A stretch of 43,246 bases of DNA from Ministeria vibrans ATCC 50519 (GCA_943704425.1 CALSCP010002121.1:1-43246), one strand, 5' to 3'. Counted from the first letter of the stretch, positions 11,814-24,795 are shown. Numbers and translations are program-made. The notes: generated by a model from the sequence alone, not told the origin.

Positions 11814-14040
11814 TCACTGAAGGCTCTGAAGAAACGAAGAAAGTGTGTCTCGAGTGCCGGGGGAGTGAGCATCAAAAAGAGGCTGGCCCACAGCGGGAGC
11901 GGGGCCTACTACAGGGGCTACTGGTGCGCGGCCAATGGCACCAAAGGAAGGGACGGTGGTGCGAGGAGCGGGGGAGACCTTCTCACCGCCGAGGGCGGAA
12001 CTGGAAAGTATGGAAGCTGCGTCGTGTGGATGCTGGGAGAGTGGGATAATGGAAAGACCCGGAGGTGGGGGAATAGAGTGGGGCTTAGCGGGGAGCGTAG
12101 GGGCAGCCACAGAAGTAGCGCGATAGACAATTTGTTCATCTTCGAGAAGGTCTGGGCTGGACTGCTGCTGCTGCTGCTGCTGTTGTTGTTGTTGTTGTTG
12201 TTGTGGCTGCAGCGGTGATTGTGATTGTGCTGTTAGTGTGCGTGCAAGGAGACAGATGCGTTGGACGCGAGTGATGAATTCGCGCTCGTCAGCATTGTTC
12301 GCAGTGGGAAGAGAGGAAGGAGGAAGAGAAGAAGGAGAGGGAGTGAAGGGTGGGAGGGGAGGGAAAGCGCGAAGGGTAGAGTCTTCGGCGAGGAGGCAGG
12401 ATGGGAAGGAGAGAGGGTCATGTGCGTCGAGGGGAAAGGAAGAGCCAAAGGAGTTGAGACAGGCGTGAAGGAGGTGATGGCAGGCGGAGCGCCAGTCGGA
12501 GGAAGGAACGGTGGTGAAGGGAGGGGAATGGAAGGAGAAGGAGGAGGGAAGGGAGGGAGAGTGATCTGACGCATGGGACTGCCACTGAAGGAGAACGTGG
12601 GTTGCGGGAAGGAGCGACTGAGCAATGGCAGTGCGATCAGTGGGGGTGCTCGGGTGGACAAAGGGCAGAGTTTGGTTGAGGGTGGCAGTGAGGGCGGTGA
12701 GGAGGGCGGTGAGGAAGGTGTCGAGGTCGTGCTGGGCAAGCGCACGCGCGTCGGGGGAACGCGCACCACTGTGCACAGTGAAGATGAGAAGGGCAGCCAT
12801 GTGAATGCCCTCTTGTGGGGTCAAGAGGGTCGCATCAACATTACCGTGAGGCCCTGTGAGGTGCTCCATGGAACGCAGGAGGTGCTGGGCACAGCGGGCC
12901 ATGCTGTGCCGCCCTCTGTCGCTGCCTTGGTCATCGTGGTCGTCGACGTGGTAGCGACCAATGGCCAGAAGAAAGCGGTCGATGAGGGTGCGTCGCGCAC
13001 GGTTGGCACCGCTGGCGCAGTTTGAAGATGAACTAGGATCCGCGTCGACGTCAATGGCAGTTTTGCCCTCGAAGATTTGGGTGCAGACTCGTTCGAGGTT
13101 GACCCGTGACGCGTTTGCAGTGGCATCGCCTGCGCTTACGGTAGCCGCCGTCGACGTGCTGGCCGCACTACTAATGCCAGGCGTAAACGGCGTAGGAGCC
13201 ACTAGGGCTCGCATGTAATGGTAGAGGGTGGAGAGTAAGTCGTTGCGGGTCTGTGCAATGACTGCAAGTTGGTTGAAGCCCCAACCGTGCGCGCTATTGA
13301 GGTCGATTGCGCTCTCGTAGCACTGAACGGCAAACGATCGCGATTCCTCCACCGAGTAGTCAATATTCTCGGTGGAACCAAAGGCTGACGAGTCTAGGTC
13401 CGCTTTGTAGCGGTGAAGGTCGCCCAGACGCAGAAGAAGAGAGAAGCACACATTGTGCGCCTCGGGCGCTGTCTCAGAGCGGAGTCGAGCCGCAGCAGCG
13501 GCCAGGGCGGGACCTCCACTGCCAGCACTGCTTCCACTACTGCTGTGGTAGACGGGGGGGTTGGGAAGCGGGCCGACGTTGGCCGAGAAGGGCACGGAGG
13601 CGGGAAGCGAGACGCCGTGCGCAGTGGCAAACTCGGGAAGCAGACAGTGCAGACACGCAATGCCCTCGCGCAGAAGATCCAACAGGGCCAGCGCCTCGCG
13701 AGTGTGCGTCTCAGAACCGCAAGGGTGTCTCGCAAGCGCATGCCGATGCGCACCTGCAGCGGAAAACAAAATGATCAAAAATCACTCACGTTTGGGGGTT
13801 TTCAGTTTTGTGCGTACTCAGCGCGATGTAGAAGCCGTATTTCCAGAAGGCTTCGGTGGTGGCAACAGCTTTGTCAAGGGACTCTGTGAGGAGAGCGTGA
13901 CGGTATGTGTCGCGTATCTGAGTTCTCAATTGAGGCGTGTTCCCCTCGCAAGGCGACAGGCCTTTCTCCAGGTTTTGTTTAAACCGCTTCTTCACTTCGT
14001 TGAGGGCATGGTTTTTGCGTGATGAGCTGCTGCGGCTCAT
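11814..14040 (-). CDS. SMG5/6/7-EST1 family TPR protein (SMG7-like, no PIN domain seen)
   Basis: Exon 14040-13818 (..EAFWKYGFY..) joins in phase to exon 13753-11814, which contains LLRLGDLHRY, CYESAIDLNSAHGWGFNQLAVIA and LYHYMRAL..PF, the EST1 DNA/RNA-binding domain signature. Confidence 0.85.
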
Positions 14041-14165
14041 GAATAATACTGCAGAACATTTAGACTTTAGTCGACACATTTAGTCGATCACAAATTCCAT
14101 TATTTCCAATAAATCAAATTTTTTTAGCAGAACACACTCAAACACCCACTCTCTACATCAACCAA

Positions 14166-16322
14166 ATGGCTGCGGAGATCCTTGCGAATGTGACGCTGGA
14201 CACGGCGGCGTACCTTGCGCTCATGACCAAAGTGATTGGTGAGGTTGAAACTGTCCAGAACAACCCCCCGTCCCTCGTGCCCCGCGAGGACAACGTCATC
14301 CGTCATCTCTTGGAGGTTCTTGAGCCACACACAGTACGTTTGTTGTCGTATTTTTTTTTTCACCAGTCGAATTGTTTTTTTTTTTTCGTCTTCGTCTGAA
14401 TTTCACTTTTTTTTTTCTCGATATTTTACGTTCTCTCGTCTCACTTTTGACACTGCACTGCATGGTGCACACTACCGCATGTGTATTGACGCACATGGGC
14501 GAGCATGGTGTTGTGGCGAAAGAGTGTCTTGTCGAACGAGTTGTTTTAATGCACTAATCGAACTATTATTGTGTGTGTGGGGGGTAACAGACGAAGAATG
14601 GCGGACCGCTGACTGTGGAGGCAGTCTCGTATGTGGATGGGCGCAGCAATCTGCTGATTGACTACCCAGGCACCGAGGAGGGCAAGTGCGTCTCGTTTGT
14701 CGGCAGGTAATGGGGACCGACGATGTGTGAGACTGACTGACACAGACGATGACTTGTCGAATGCAGTCATTTGGATGTGGTGACGGCCAACCCCGAGACG
14801 TGGAACGTGGATCCGTTCAAGCTGACCATTGATGGCGACAAGCTGTTTGGACGGGGCACGACCGACTGCCTGGGCCATGTGTGCCTGATCACTCTGCTGT
14901 TCATTGAGCTGGCCAAGACACGCCCGGTGCTCAAGACGTCAGTGCACGCAGTATTCATTGCGTCGGAGGAGTTTGCGACGCCCGGAGTGGGTGTTGATGC
15001 GCTCGAGAAGAACGGCCGTCTTGAGAAGCTCAAGGTGAGCAGATGGCTACACTATATAGCAGTAGGTAACAGTCTATCTGTGTGCGTGTGTGTCTGTGTA
15101 TGTGTGCGTAGCCGGGTCCGATGTTTTGGGTGGACTGCTCCGATTCTCAGCCGGTAAGAAAATTGAGTGAGAGACAATGTGACTGAGGAGATTGATTTTT
15201 TAAAAAATGCATAGTGTATTGGCACTGCGGGTGCGATCATGTGGCACCTGCGCGCAGAGGGACATTTGTTCCACTCGGGATTCCCTAACAAGGGTAAACA
15301 AGAGGGGAGGGATAAAGTGATAGAGTGAGAGAGAAGGAGCGAAGCGATAGAGTGTGTGAGAGAGAAGTGGAGTATTGAATGTGATCTGATGTCTGTGTGT
15401 TTGTGTGGCTTAGGAATCAATGCGCTTGAGCTTGTCATGGAGGCCACGAAGCGCATCCAGGACCAGTTCTACGTTGATTTCCCACCCCATCCCGATGAGA
15501 CCAAGTACAAGGTAAGATAAAAAAAAACGCACAGAGACAGACACAATTAACACTTACATACATAAATGCACTGGTCTTCTCTATGCGCGTAGTTTATGAC
15601 TCCGTCGTCGATGAAGCCCACGCGTGTGGCCATTGCTCCCGGTGGCTTCAACCAGATCCCCCCTGAGTGCACTGTCTCAGGCGACATCCGCCTGTAATCA
15701 CAACGCTGCACAACATGACATACAGACACTGACTTCAAACACACCACCCACTCACTCTCTCGCCCCTCTCGCTTTTTTTTTTTCTTTCTTTCTCTCTTCC
15801 TCTCTTTTTCTTGCTTCAGGACCCCCTTTTACAAGCCTGCTGATGTCAAGGCTGCTGTGGAGCGCTACGTTGCAGAGATCAACGCCAACTTCGGGGCGGA
15901 GACGGGCGACCTGCCTTACCGCGGGCCCTCCAGTCGGTGGGTGCTGCCGGACAAGCGCGCCAAACTGGTGCTCGAGTGGAGCGAATTGTGTCTGTCGGGC
16001 ATTGCCTGCAACCTTGAGAGCCCAGGCTATGCCGCTATCTGCGAGGCCACGCGCCGCATCAAGGTAAGACCATAATCAGCTATTTTTTATATGATTGTTG
16101 TAGCCACTGCCATAACACGGATGATAGGGCAAGGTTGAGCCGTTCTCGGTGTGCGGCTCTCTTCCGCTCGTCGGTGAGCTCCAAGAGGCTGGGTTTGATT
16201 TGCAGCTGTGTGGCTTTGGCTTGAGCTCTGTCTACCACGGCGACAACGAGTACTGTCTCCTCTCCGACATGGTCGATGCCATTAAGATTCTCTCGCAAGT
16301 CATTAGCATTGCCAACGAATGA
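14166..16322 (+). CDS. argE: Acetylornithine deacetylase (M20 peptidase family, eukaryotic ArgE type)
   Basis: Spliced motifs GSHLDVV, GRGTTDCLGH, ASEE, FHSGFPNKGINALEL, GDIRLTPFY, GSLPLV and YHGDNEYC across ~9 exons; TGA at 16320-16322. Confidence 0.9.
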
Positions 16323-16624
16323 ATAAAAAAAAAAATACGATCAATGGAACGACGAATGAGTTTCAACTTCCATGAGACATTTCGTGTATGGTTTGTTGTG
16401 GACATTTCAATCGAGTGCCACCCAAAATTGAAGAAGCCCGTCCCGGACACACTCATGAATAAGACATGAATTGTGATACTTGTCAGAAGTGTATAGAGAC
16501 AACTTAAGCGTATCCATCTAATTTATTCGACCATTGTGTCGAAAGTTCGTATTATTATTGTTCGACTGAGTCGAGCGTCAAAATATTCAGTCGAACTTGG
16601 TGAATAATTTTATTCCATTTAAAA

Positions 16625-18319
16625 ATGGCCAGCAATCCCAACCTGTTTTTGCGGTACGAGAACCGTACGGTGTTCAAGCCGCCTCAGCGAGCCTTTTTAC
16701 CGGTCACGCTGATCACGGGGTTTCTGGGCGCCGGCAAAACAACACTGGTCCAACACATTTTGACCAATCGCGTTCAACTCAAGGTATGCAGACACACGGT
16801 CCTTTGTGGACCCATCGCCACCCCTCATAACATACCCCGTAACCCTGGTGCTCAGGTGGCGGCCGCTGTGAACGACTATGCGGCGCTGAACATCGACTCG
16901 GCGCTTGTGCAGCATCACGATCCCGAGTCGGGCGTTGTCGAGCTGAGCAACGGCTGCATCTGCTGCTCGATGAAGGAGGAGCTCGAGGATACCGTGTGGA
17001 AGATGATCAATGGCGAGGCGCCGCGCGGGAGTACTGCGCGCGGCGTTGACATTGATTATTTGTTGGTGGAGACGAGCGGAGTGACCGACCCGTACACTCT
17101 TATTGCGTCGCTCGAACAGAAATTCGGCAAAATGACACGGGTGCGACTGGATTCGGTCATTTGCGTGGTGGACGCGGATGTTTTGGCGGAAAGTGTGCGG
17201 CAAGGCACGGCAGACGCCAATGTGGCTGCAGTCAGTCAGATGCACTGTGCCGATGTAGTCTTGCTCAACAAACAGGATTTGGTGAGCAAGGAAGAGCGTG
17301 CACTGGTCGAATCATACGTCCAGCGAGTTGCACCACATGCACAGCGAATTATGACGACGCGTTCACGAGTTCCACTCGAGCGGGTGCTCGACGTGCAGGC
17401 GCGACAGACGGCGGGCGCGGTCATCACGCACGAGTCGGCGCGTCCCACTTACGTCGTGGCCGAGTCAGGCGGACGACTGCGCCTGGACAAGGCACTGCGC
17501 ATTGCCGAGGATGAGGCGAACCACCGGGGCCATTTGGAGACGGACGCATTTACTGCGGTTGCCTTTGAGAGTGCAGAGCGTGTGGGGCTGCGGCAGCTGC
17601 AGGACACGGTCATGGTGCACCTGCCGCCCTCGGTGTACCGTCTCAAGGGCATCTTTGCACTGCGCGAAGACCATCCGCGCCTCATGTTGTCTACTCTGCA
17701 GATGAGCGGACGTCGCCGCTTTGAGTTTACACGCGACGACGACAGCGATGGGTGTGCGGAGAGCACACTAGCCGCGACGGGCGCCGCCACGCATACACAG
17801 ATGGTTGCCATTGGCCAGAACATGAACCGCGACGCAACGCTTGCCGTCCTCGAGCGCATTGTGGCGCGCCGCGACGACAGCGACGATGCGTGTGTTGCGG
17901 CTGAGTCGTGTGAGAGTCAGATGGCGCGCGCTAGTGCGCTTGTGGACGCTGACCTGCGCTTTGAAGTGCTCGCGCGTGAGTCCGAGGACACGTCGCTCTC
18001 CGACACCCACGTACTGTACTTTCGTGCGACCGGCGCGCGTCTCAATCACAGCACGGTGCGCGACCTGGAAGAGTTGTTTGGCGTCGACATGGACACGATG
18101 AATGTGGATCTGTGTCGTGCCGTCAATGCTACGGGCTCCTCTGTCTTCCTGACGTACACTCGTCTTGAGCACTCCAATCGACGCACTCTCTTTTTGCGCT
18201 TTGCCTTTGGCGGCCGTGCGAGCTTTCTCGATTCTGTTTGGCCTATTGTGCAGCGCGAGGCCAAGAGTGTGTTGCGATTTCATTTGCGTCGTGTCAAGGA
18301 TTGCAAGTGCGGGTTGTAA
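16625..18319 (+). CDS. CobW/COG0523 (ZNG1-like) G3E P-loop GTPase metallochaperone with an extra C-terminal domain
   Basis: PVTLITGFLGAGKTT, ELSNGCICC, ETSG, LLNKQDL and CobW_C-like VYRLKGIF. There is an in-frame 72-nt intron at 16784-16855. Confidence 0.92.
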   Translation: MASNPNLFLRYENRTVFKPPQRAFLPVTLITGFLGAGKTTLVQHILTNRVQLKVCRHTVLCGPIATPHNIPRNPGAQVAAAVNDYAALNIDSALVQHHDPESGVVELSNGCICCSMKEELEDTVWKMINGEAPRGSTARGVDIDYLLVETSGVTDPYTLIASLEQKFGKMTRVRLDSVICVVDADVLAESVRQGTADANVAAVSQMHCADVVLLNKQDLVSKEERALVESYVQRVAPHAQRIMTTRSRVPLERVLDVQARQTAGAVITHESARPTYVVAESGGRLRLDKALRIAEDEANHRGHLETDAFTAVAFESAERVGLRQLQDTVMVHLPPSVYRLKGIFALREDHPRLMLSTLQMSGRRRFEFTRDDDSDGCAESTLAATGAATHTQMVAIGQNMNRDATLAVLERIVARRDDSDDACVAAESCESQMARASALVDADLRFEVLARESEDTSLSDTHVLYFRATGARLNHSTVRDLEELFGVDMDTMNVDLCRAVNATGSSVFLTYTRLEHSNRRTLFLRFAFGGRASFLDSVWPIVQREAKSVLRFHLRRVKDCKCGL

Positions 18320-18387
18320 AGTCAAAAGTAAATCAGTATTATTATATGATACAGTTTGGAGTGTACAAAGCGAAGGGATTTGGAGTG

Positions 18388-18916
18388 TCACAGAACATCA
18401 ACCTGATCGCCACGCACGCGCTCGACCTCCTGCGCCCACTTGTGCTTAAGCATGCCCACGTCGGCGGTGAGCTTGTACAGCGACTTCTTGATGCTTGCCA
18501 GCGGATTGGTGTCGGGTGAGGTTTCAACGCGCAGCACAAAACGACTTTCCAGCGGATGAGGGATCTTGTAGCCCGAGAAGAACACCTAGGGTGGGGGTGG
18601 GGGTGGGGGCGAGACAGGGTGGGGGGCAAGGACGCAAGGGCGCTCAGTACGAGAGTGGATACGGACGCAAGAGAGTTTTTTTCGTCTCCTTTTATTTTTC
18701 TTGTGCTCGCTAGAGCGTCCGCCCCTTTGGCGCATGCTCGCTACATACCTGGGGATCTTCAAAGAGCTCGTGGCGAATGAGATTGCCGATGGTATGGTCC
18801 TCCTTTTCGACTGTGAGTCGTCCAGCGTTGGGACGTTTCTGATCGATTTCGTAGGTGCATTTCTCTTGGCCTTCCTCTAGCAAAAATGCCTCGTGAGGCT
18901 CGGGAGCGTTCGACAT
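18388..18916 (-). CDS. RPB11: DNA-directed RNA polymerase II subunit RPB11
   Basis: MSNAPEPHEAFLL..KEDHTIGNLIR..DPQ|VFFSGYKIPHPLE; one intron at ~18748-18586. Confidence 0.95.
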
Positions 18917-19112
18917 GACAATAAAAGAGTAAAGTCACAAGTCAAAACAAAACAAAAAGTGTGATATTTATGATTTAGTGCTGATTTCTGAATTGAGTAA
19001 ATTTATTCGAGATTTCTGTACGTCAATGTTGAGTCACTCGCTGCGTTAACAATTTAATAATCATTATAAAGTACAGAGGGGAATTAGTCGATACAGAGAA
19101 ACTACAATGTAT

Positions 19113-20663
19113 TTATACAACGATGAGAGGCTGGTCAGGTAGGGCCTCGTTGATACCGAGCATGGTGGAAGGAGGAGTAGGAGGAGGAGACTGTTGTTGG
19201 GGGTCGGAGTCGGAGTGTTCTTTGCGAGGTGAGGGCAACTGCACAAGAACGTATTTGTGCTGGGGTTCGCTTGGGACATTCAGCTCGCTCACCAGACGAA
19301 GGTTTTCGTAGAGGGAAAAGTCACGAAGGCGATAGAGCACGAGGAGTGAGGCAAAGGTGATAAAGTCGATGGAGAGGAGGACGGATTTTTCGGAGGACTC
19401 GTGATGGATAACAAAGACAGAAACGGCCGTCGCGAGACTAAAGCAAACGACAAAGAGGAGAACCAAAAGACGTAGACGGTTCATGAGGACGGCCTTGGCG
19501 GCGACGGGGGCCCACAGAGGCACACCCGAGACGGTGTGTGCGTTGTGCTGGAGAATGAGCGGACGCACACGCTGCAGGTGTGTATTGGCGAGCGACGCAT
19601 GTAGCATGGACCGCTTGATCATAAGCCCAAACGAGCACAATGCCACGGCCGTGACGGGCCCCAGAAAGTAACCGTGGATCCACGCGAAGGCAATAAGTGT
19701 GCCAAAGAGTGTGCCAGTAAGAAAGAGAAACCATTTGAGGGAGATGGGCTCAAGATGCGCACGCATTACCCCGTAGCCATCGCTCAGGACCAAAAGCAAG
19801 AGAATAGTCAAACTCAAAGCAAGGGACTGCACCACTTGGCGCACTCGTAGAAACGTGTGTGGTTCGAATCCGTCGCGCTCAATGAATAGGTAGCGAACGT
19901 AGTTGAGAACAATCGCCACAAAGACGACCAGTGCCACCGCTGTGATGAGTTTGTGTGCGTGATTGCTGTACCGGCGATAGTACAGTCCGGCGAGAGACCA
20001 GGCCACGAGAGAGGCGGCCCAGAGCGAGACAAAGACAATGTAGATGGTGGGTAGAGCTATCTCGTCGCTCGAGAGTTGCTCACCGCCTGGATTCAACAGG
20101 ACAATGGACGAGGAGCACACGAGAGGATCGTCGACAGCACAGTTGATGTATGCCGGGTAGAGAAACTCCGAAAAGCCAACAGGAACGGTCCAGGAGCCTA
20201 ATGGGTGCAGACAGGAAAGTGGCGCAATCCCTTTAGATGTGCTCTCAAAACGAATATTTCTTACCTTGAGTGCTGTTCAGAGCTATTCTCAAGCTACATA
20301 TGGACGTTCCAACCCCGGTGCACAAGGTCTGCTTGAAATTACGCTCGCGTGTCTGTGAAGAGGAAACAACAAAACAATTCGTTCAGTTCTTTTTTTTCGA
20401 GTTCTCACGATGAGCAAAAGTACCGCATCGTAATCAGTGCGCGAGCACAAAGACAGCGTGCCATTGCGTTCGCCAGCATTGCCACCAGTGCCGTTGCAGC
20501 CGAGTGTAAACACGACCTGGCCGCCCGAGAGGAAGCCAAAGCCGACATTGTCTGAGAGTGACACCAACGGATTCTCCTGCGTCACGGTCCACGTCCGATC
20601 GTAAACGCGACCGTTCACGCAGGCAATCAGGACTAGAACGATCGTGATCAGGCGAGAGAGCAT
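19113..20663 (-). CDS. GOST-family (GPR107/GPR180/TMEM145-like) multi-pass membrane protein with signal peptide
   Basis: Signal peptide MLSRLITIVLVLIACVNG, lumenal FGFLSGG, and LLNPGGEQLSSDEIALPTIY followed by ~7 hydrophobic helices; 2 introns. Confidence 0.65.
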
Positions 20664-20787
20664 AGAGAGTAAAAAAAAAATACGTTTGAAGTAAGTGAAG
20701 TTTATTACTCAACTGGTTTGCATTGTCTTATTCATTAAAATAAATCATTATCCAGCGGCACTTTTTTTTTCGTGCTTGCTTTACAAA

Positions 20788-22892
20788 ATGGACAATCGTG
20801 GAGGCAGTAGTAATGGATTTCGTGGGGGCCGAGGCGGTGGTGGTAGTGGCGGCGGCCAAAGAGGCGGCGGCGGCGGCGGCGGCCAAAGGGGTGGCGGCGG
20901 TGGTCGTGGGCGACGACGTCCTCGTCCGTCGGGCGACGGTAGCTCGCCCACGCCGGAAGAGCACCAGGCACCGAAGCGATCGCGCGGACGAGGCGGCGGC
21001 GGTAGTGGTAGTGGTGGTCGAGGTGGTGGTCGAGGGGGCAGTGCGGCAGGCGCGTCGTCGACTGCGCCGCCACCCTCGTCCACCAGCATGGATGTCGAAA
21101 TGGCCGGTCCCAGCAGTGCGCCCATTCCCGAGGGAAGCAGCCTGGCCGAGTTCATTACCGACGTGCCCTTCTCGTCCGTTGCCGGCCTCTCCCCATTGAC
21201 TCTGCGTGCACTCAACGAGCAATTCAAATTTCGCACGGTATTCAACAACCTCCTCTTCCCTCCTGCCCCACAGACGCTCTCCCTCCCTCCCGTCTCGCCT
21301 ACCCGTCCGCATTCCCTGCATACGTGTCTATTCGACACTCCCTGTGCTCCATATGTGCTTGTGTTCTATCCCACACGTGCATGATTCTTCTTTTTTTTTT
21401 TTTTCTTGGCAGTCTCATCAAATTCTTCGGATTTTTCTTCTTTTAGATGACTGTTGTGCAACGGGATGCAATGCCAGTGGCACTTGCAGGACACGACGTG
21501 ATTGCGCGGGCGCGCACAGGCACAGGCAAGACAGTGGCGTTTCTGGTGCCGGCCATTGAGCGGCTGATGCGCCTGGGCCGACCCACCCGCCACATGAGCA
21601 TCCTGGTGCTGTCGCCGACGCGCGAACTTGCGTCGCAGATCACCAATGAGGCCAAGGGACTGTTGCACTTCCATCCGGGCTTTGAGGCGCACTGCATTGT
21701 GGGCGGCACCAACATCAAGGGTGACCAGAAGATGTTTGCACGCAACAGCTGCTCCGTGCTCGTGGCGACGCCCGGCCGTCTGCAGGACCACATTGACAAC
21801 ACGCCCGGATTCAAGGCAAAACTGCTTGCACTTGACACACTGGTGCTCGACGAAGCGGACCGTCTGCTCGACATGGGCTTTCGTCCGGCCATTGAGCGGA
21901 TCCTGCGTGACCTTCCGCCCTCTGCGACGCGCCAGACTCTCCTGTTCAGCGCGACAGTCAGCGACGAAGTGCGACACATTGCACGAATGGCGCTGAAGCC
22001 CAAGCACGAGTACGTTGACTCGGTCGGCGACGACGTGGGCACACACGAGCACGTCGAGCAGCACTGCTACTCCATGTCGCCCGACCGCCTCTTCCCGGCG
22101 CTCCACCGCGCCATCTGCACCCACCGCGCCACTGTGCCCAACTACAAGATCATCTGCTTCTTTGTCACCGCCCGCCTCACCCAGTGGTGTGCGGCTGCAT
22201 TCAACCGCGCCGATCTTCCTGTGCTTGAGATACACTCGCGCAAGTCTCAGGGAGTGCGCACCAAGACAAGCGACACTTTTCGCCAGTCGTCCAATCTCAT
22301 TCTCTTCTCCAGTGACGTCTCGGCGCGCGGCGTTGACTACCCCAACGTATCGTTAGTCATTCAGGTTGGCATGCCCGCCAATCGCGAGCAGTACGTGCAC
22401 CGTCTGGGCCGCACAGCGCGCGCCGGCCGCACCGGCGCAGGTCTGCTTCTGCTCGCCTCCTTTGAGCAACCCTTCCTGCGCTCCCTCTCGGACCTCCCCG
22501 TCACGATCCACCCGACCGGCGAAGAGCCCGCTACCGACGACCCCGCTGCCGTGATGCAGGCCGACACGACGTTTGCGCGCGGCGCGTCCGCCGTTGATGC
22601 GCAGACGGGTGGTCAGGCGTACCAGTCGTGGATGGGCTTCTACAACTCGTCGCTGCGTCTGCTTCACTGGGACAAGGTCGCGTTGGTTGCTCACGCCAAC
22701 GAGTTTGCCCTGCGCTCGCTTCACCTTGCTGCCATTCCGGCTCTCGAGGCGCGCACCGTAGGCAAAATGGGCATCCGAGGCACGCCTGGTCTGGTGGTGA
22801 ACAAGGGCCCGTCCGGCGGCGGCGGTGGCGGCGGCGGTCGAGGGTTTGGTGCGGGCCGTGGCGGTGGAGGGCCGTCGGGTGCACGGAAATGA
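20788..22892 (+). CDS. DEAD-box RNA helicase (MSS116 / plant RH25-31-like) with RGG-rich termini
   Basis: Q motif, ARTGTGKT, SPTRELA, TPGRL, DEAD, SAT, SARGVD, HRLGRTAR and AYQSWMGFY; intron 21238-21446. Confidence 0.93.
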
Positions 22893-23043
22893 TCGGAAAG
22901 ATGCAAAATAGAAATAACGAACACGTAATCGATTGTACCGATTGTTCTTTTGACTCTTGTGAAAAAAATAAAATTCATAAAAAATTAATAATAGTTTTGT
23001 GTGTGGCAAAAGTTTTTTTACAAAGGAAGTTACAAAAAGCGCA

Positions 23044-23403
23044 TTAAAAGTCGATACAACGTCCTTTGCGCTCCCAGTCACCGTATCGGGTGGGTTCGGG
23101 TCCACGAGGGCCGTCGACTTCGCCTGTTGGAGACGCTTTGGGACGAGACGACCGATCTGGCGGAGACGTGGCCAAAAGCGACTCTTGCCCTCGCGCAATG
23201 GCTGCCTTGCGTTCGCGAGCAATGTCGTCGACGGGTGCACGTTGTCGTCCAACGGGCGGGTCGGTGGGTGAGCTTGTGGCGGTGGAGGAGGAGGAGGAGG
23301 AGGAGGAGGAGGAGGAGCGGGTTGCACTGGTCGAAAACGACACAAGCCGTCGTGGTGCGAGCAAGGCAAGTGACCGGGCGACGGCGTGTGTTCCAAGGGA
23401 CAT
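23044..23403 (-). CDS. SDHAF4: Succinate dehydrogenase assembly factor 4 (Sdh8/DUF1674)
   Basis: C-terminal GEVDGPRGPEPTRYGDWERKGRCIDF and an Arg/Ser-rich mitochondrial presequence-like N-terminus. Confidence 0.95.
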   Translation of the reverse strand: MSLGTHAVARSLALLAPRRLVSFSTSATRSSSSSSSSSSSTATSSPTDPPVGRQRAPVDDIARERKAAIARGQESLLATSPPDRSSRPKASPTGEVDGPRGPEPTRYGDWERKGRCIDF

Positions 23404-23642
23404 ATTGGAATGGAAACGAACAAAAATGTTAATAATTATTATTAAATTTTATTGTTAACTGAGAAAGATTCACGGAATACGTTTTGGATTGATCTGGAAG
23501 GAAAGAGAGAAGTTTTTGCACAATGCTATCCACAGATCTTTTCGTTGGACTTTTAACAAGACTGGGTCTCAGCCAAAACAAGAAAAAAACAACCATTGCT
23601 TTTCGAACAGTTTTTGGTTCAGTTTGATACAATCTCCTCTCA

Positions 23643-23678
<36 letters not shown>

Positions 23679-23724
23679 CTCTCTGCGTTTCTTCCACAGA
23701 CAATCACACACAAAGTGACACCAC

Positions 23725-24795
23725 TCAGTTAATCATGGCATCTTCGTCCCGAATGTACTCGCCCAGATCACCCTGATGGAACGCCACAATGCCAATGGGC
23801 TGCAGCTGACGCACATCAATGGTCGACACTGCCAGAGCGCCAAAGCCCAGCGGCACGTCCGTCATCGACATGACCACCACACCCTGATTTCTCTGCAATT
23901 CAAAAAAAAAACAGAGAGAGAGAAAGAGAGAGCGAAAAGGAGCGTGTGAATGAGGGCAGTGCACTCGAGAGCAGCGGGGTACCTCAGCGCCGTCTGTCAT
24001 GCGTCCCAGTTGGCTCTTCAGGACGTGATTTCCATACAGGAACGACTGTTCTCCACTAGCCTTGAGCCAGATCTTAGCCTTGGCCAGTGGTGCAACGTAC
24101 TCGAGAGCAGTGATACCCATTCTGCAAGCGACAGGAGAGAGAGAGGGAAAGAAACAAAGTGATAGAGAGAGGGACAGAAACAAAGTGATAGAGAGAGGAA
24201 CAGAAACAAAGTGATAGAGAGAGGGAGAGAAACAATGTGATAGAGAGAGGGAAAGAAACAAAGTGATAGAGAGAGAGAAAGAACAAAGTGATAGAGAGAG
24301 ACACAGTTAATCATTGAAGGTCGCTCTTCAATATTCGCTCGTACCGGAACTTCTCTGTACGTGTGAACTTTCCAAAGCACGTGCCCAGTCCAACAAGGTT
24401 CTTTTGTGCAATGTTGGTGGCCTAGATGAAACAAGGGAGAGCGAGAGCGAGAGCACGAGAGTGAGCAACACACACAAAAAAAAAAGGGCAAAACATCGTT
24501 TGTCACAAATAGAGCATGTGTTTGTCGATCAAGGCGACACACAGCAGCACACAGGGGGAGAGAGTAAAGAGGAGACACAGCCTGGCCCACAAGGGGAGGG
24601 AAGCAGAGGCCACACGCCGTGTAAGGGCCCTACCCGCTTCATGATGTCTTCGCGCACGTAGAACACTCGGTCTCTGTGAAGGCGGAAGCAGTAGAGGCCG
24701 TCGGGTCGCTCGATCAACTGTTTCATATTGCTGCCAATGTACTTGGACAGCTTAGCAAAGAACGTCTTCGTCTCGTCTTCGGTGAGTGGGCGCAT
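23725..24795 (-). CDS. NIP7: 60S ribosome subunit biogenesis protein NIP7
   Basis: [46 protein letters not shown] and [12 protein letters not shown]; 4 exons. Confidence 0.96.
24134..24300. repeat. Intronic minisatellite (AGAAACAAAGTGATAGAGAG)n, same family as 7601-7820
   Basis: About 7 tandem units in a NIP7 intron. Confidence 0.9.

Noticed and set aside
24159-24300. GTGATAGAGA matches half of the tetO operator
   Set aside because: It never forms the full palindrome and is part of a genomic minisatellite, not vector sequence.
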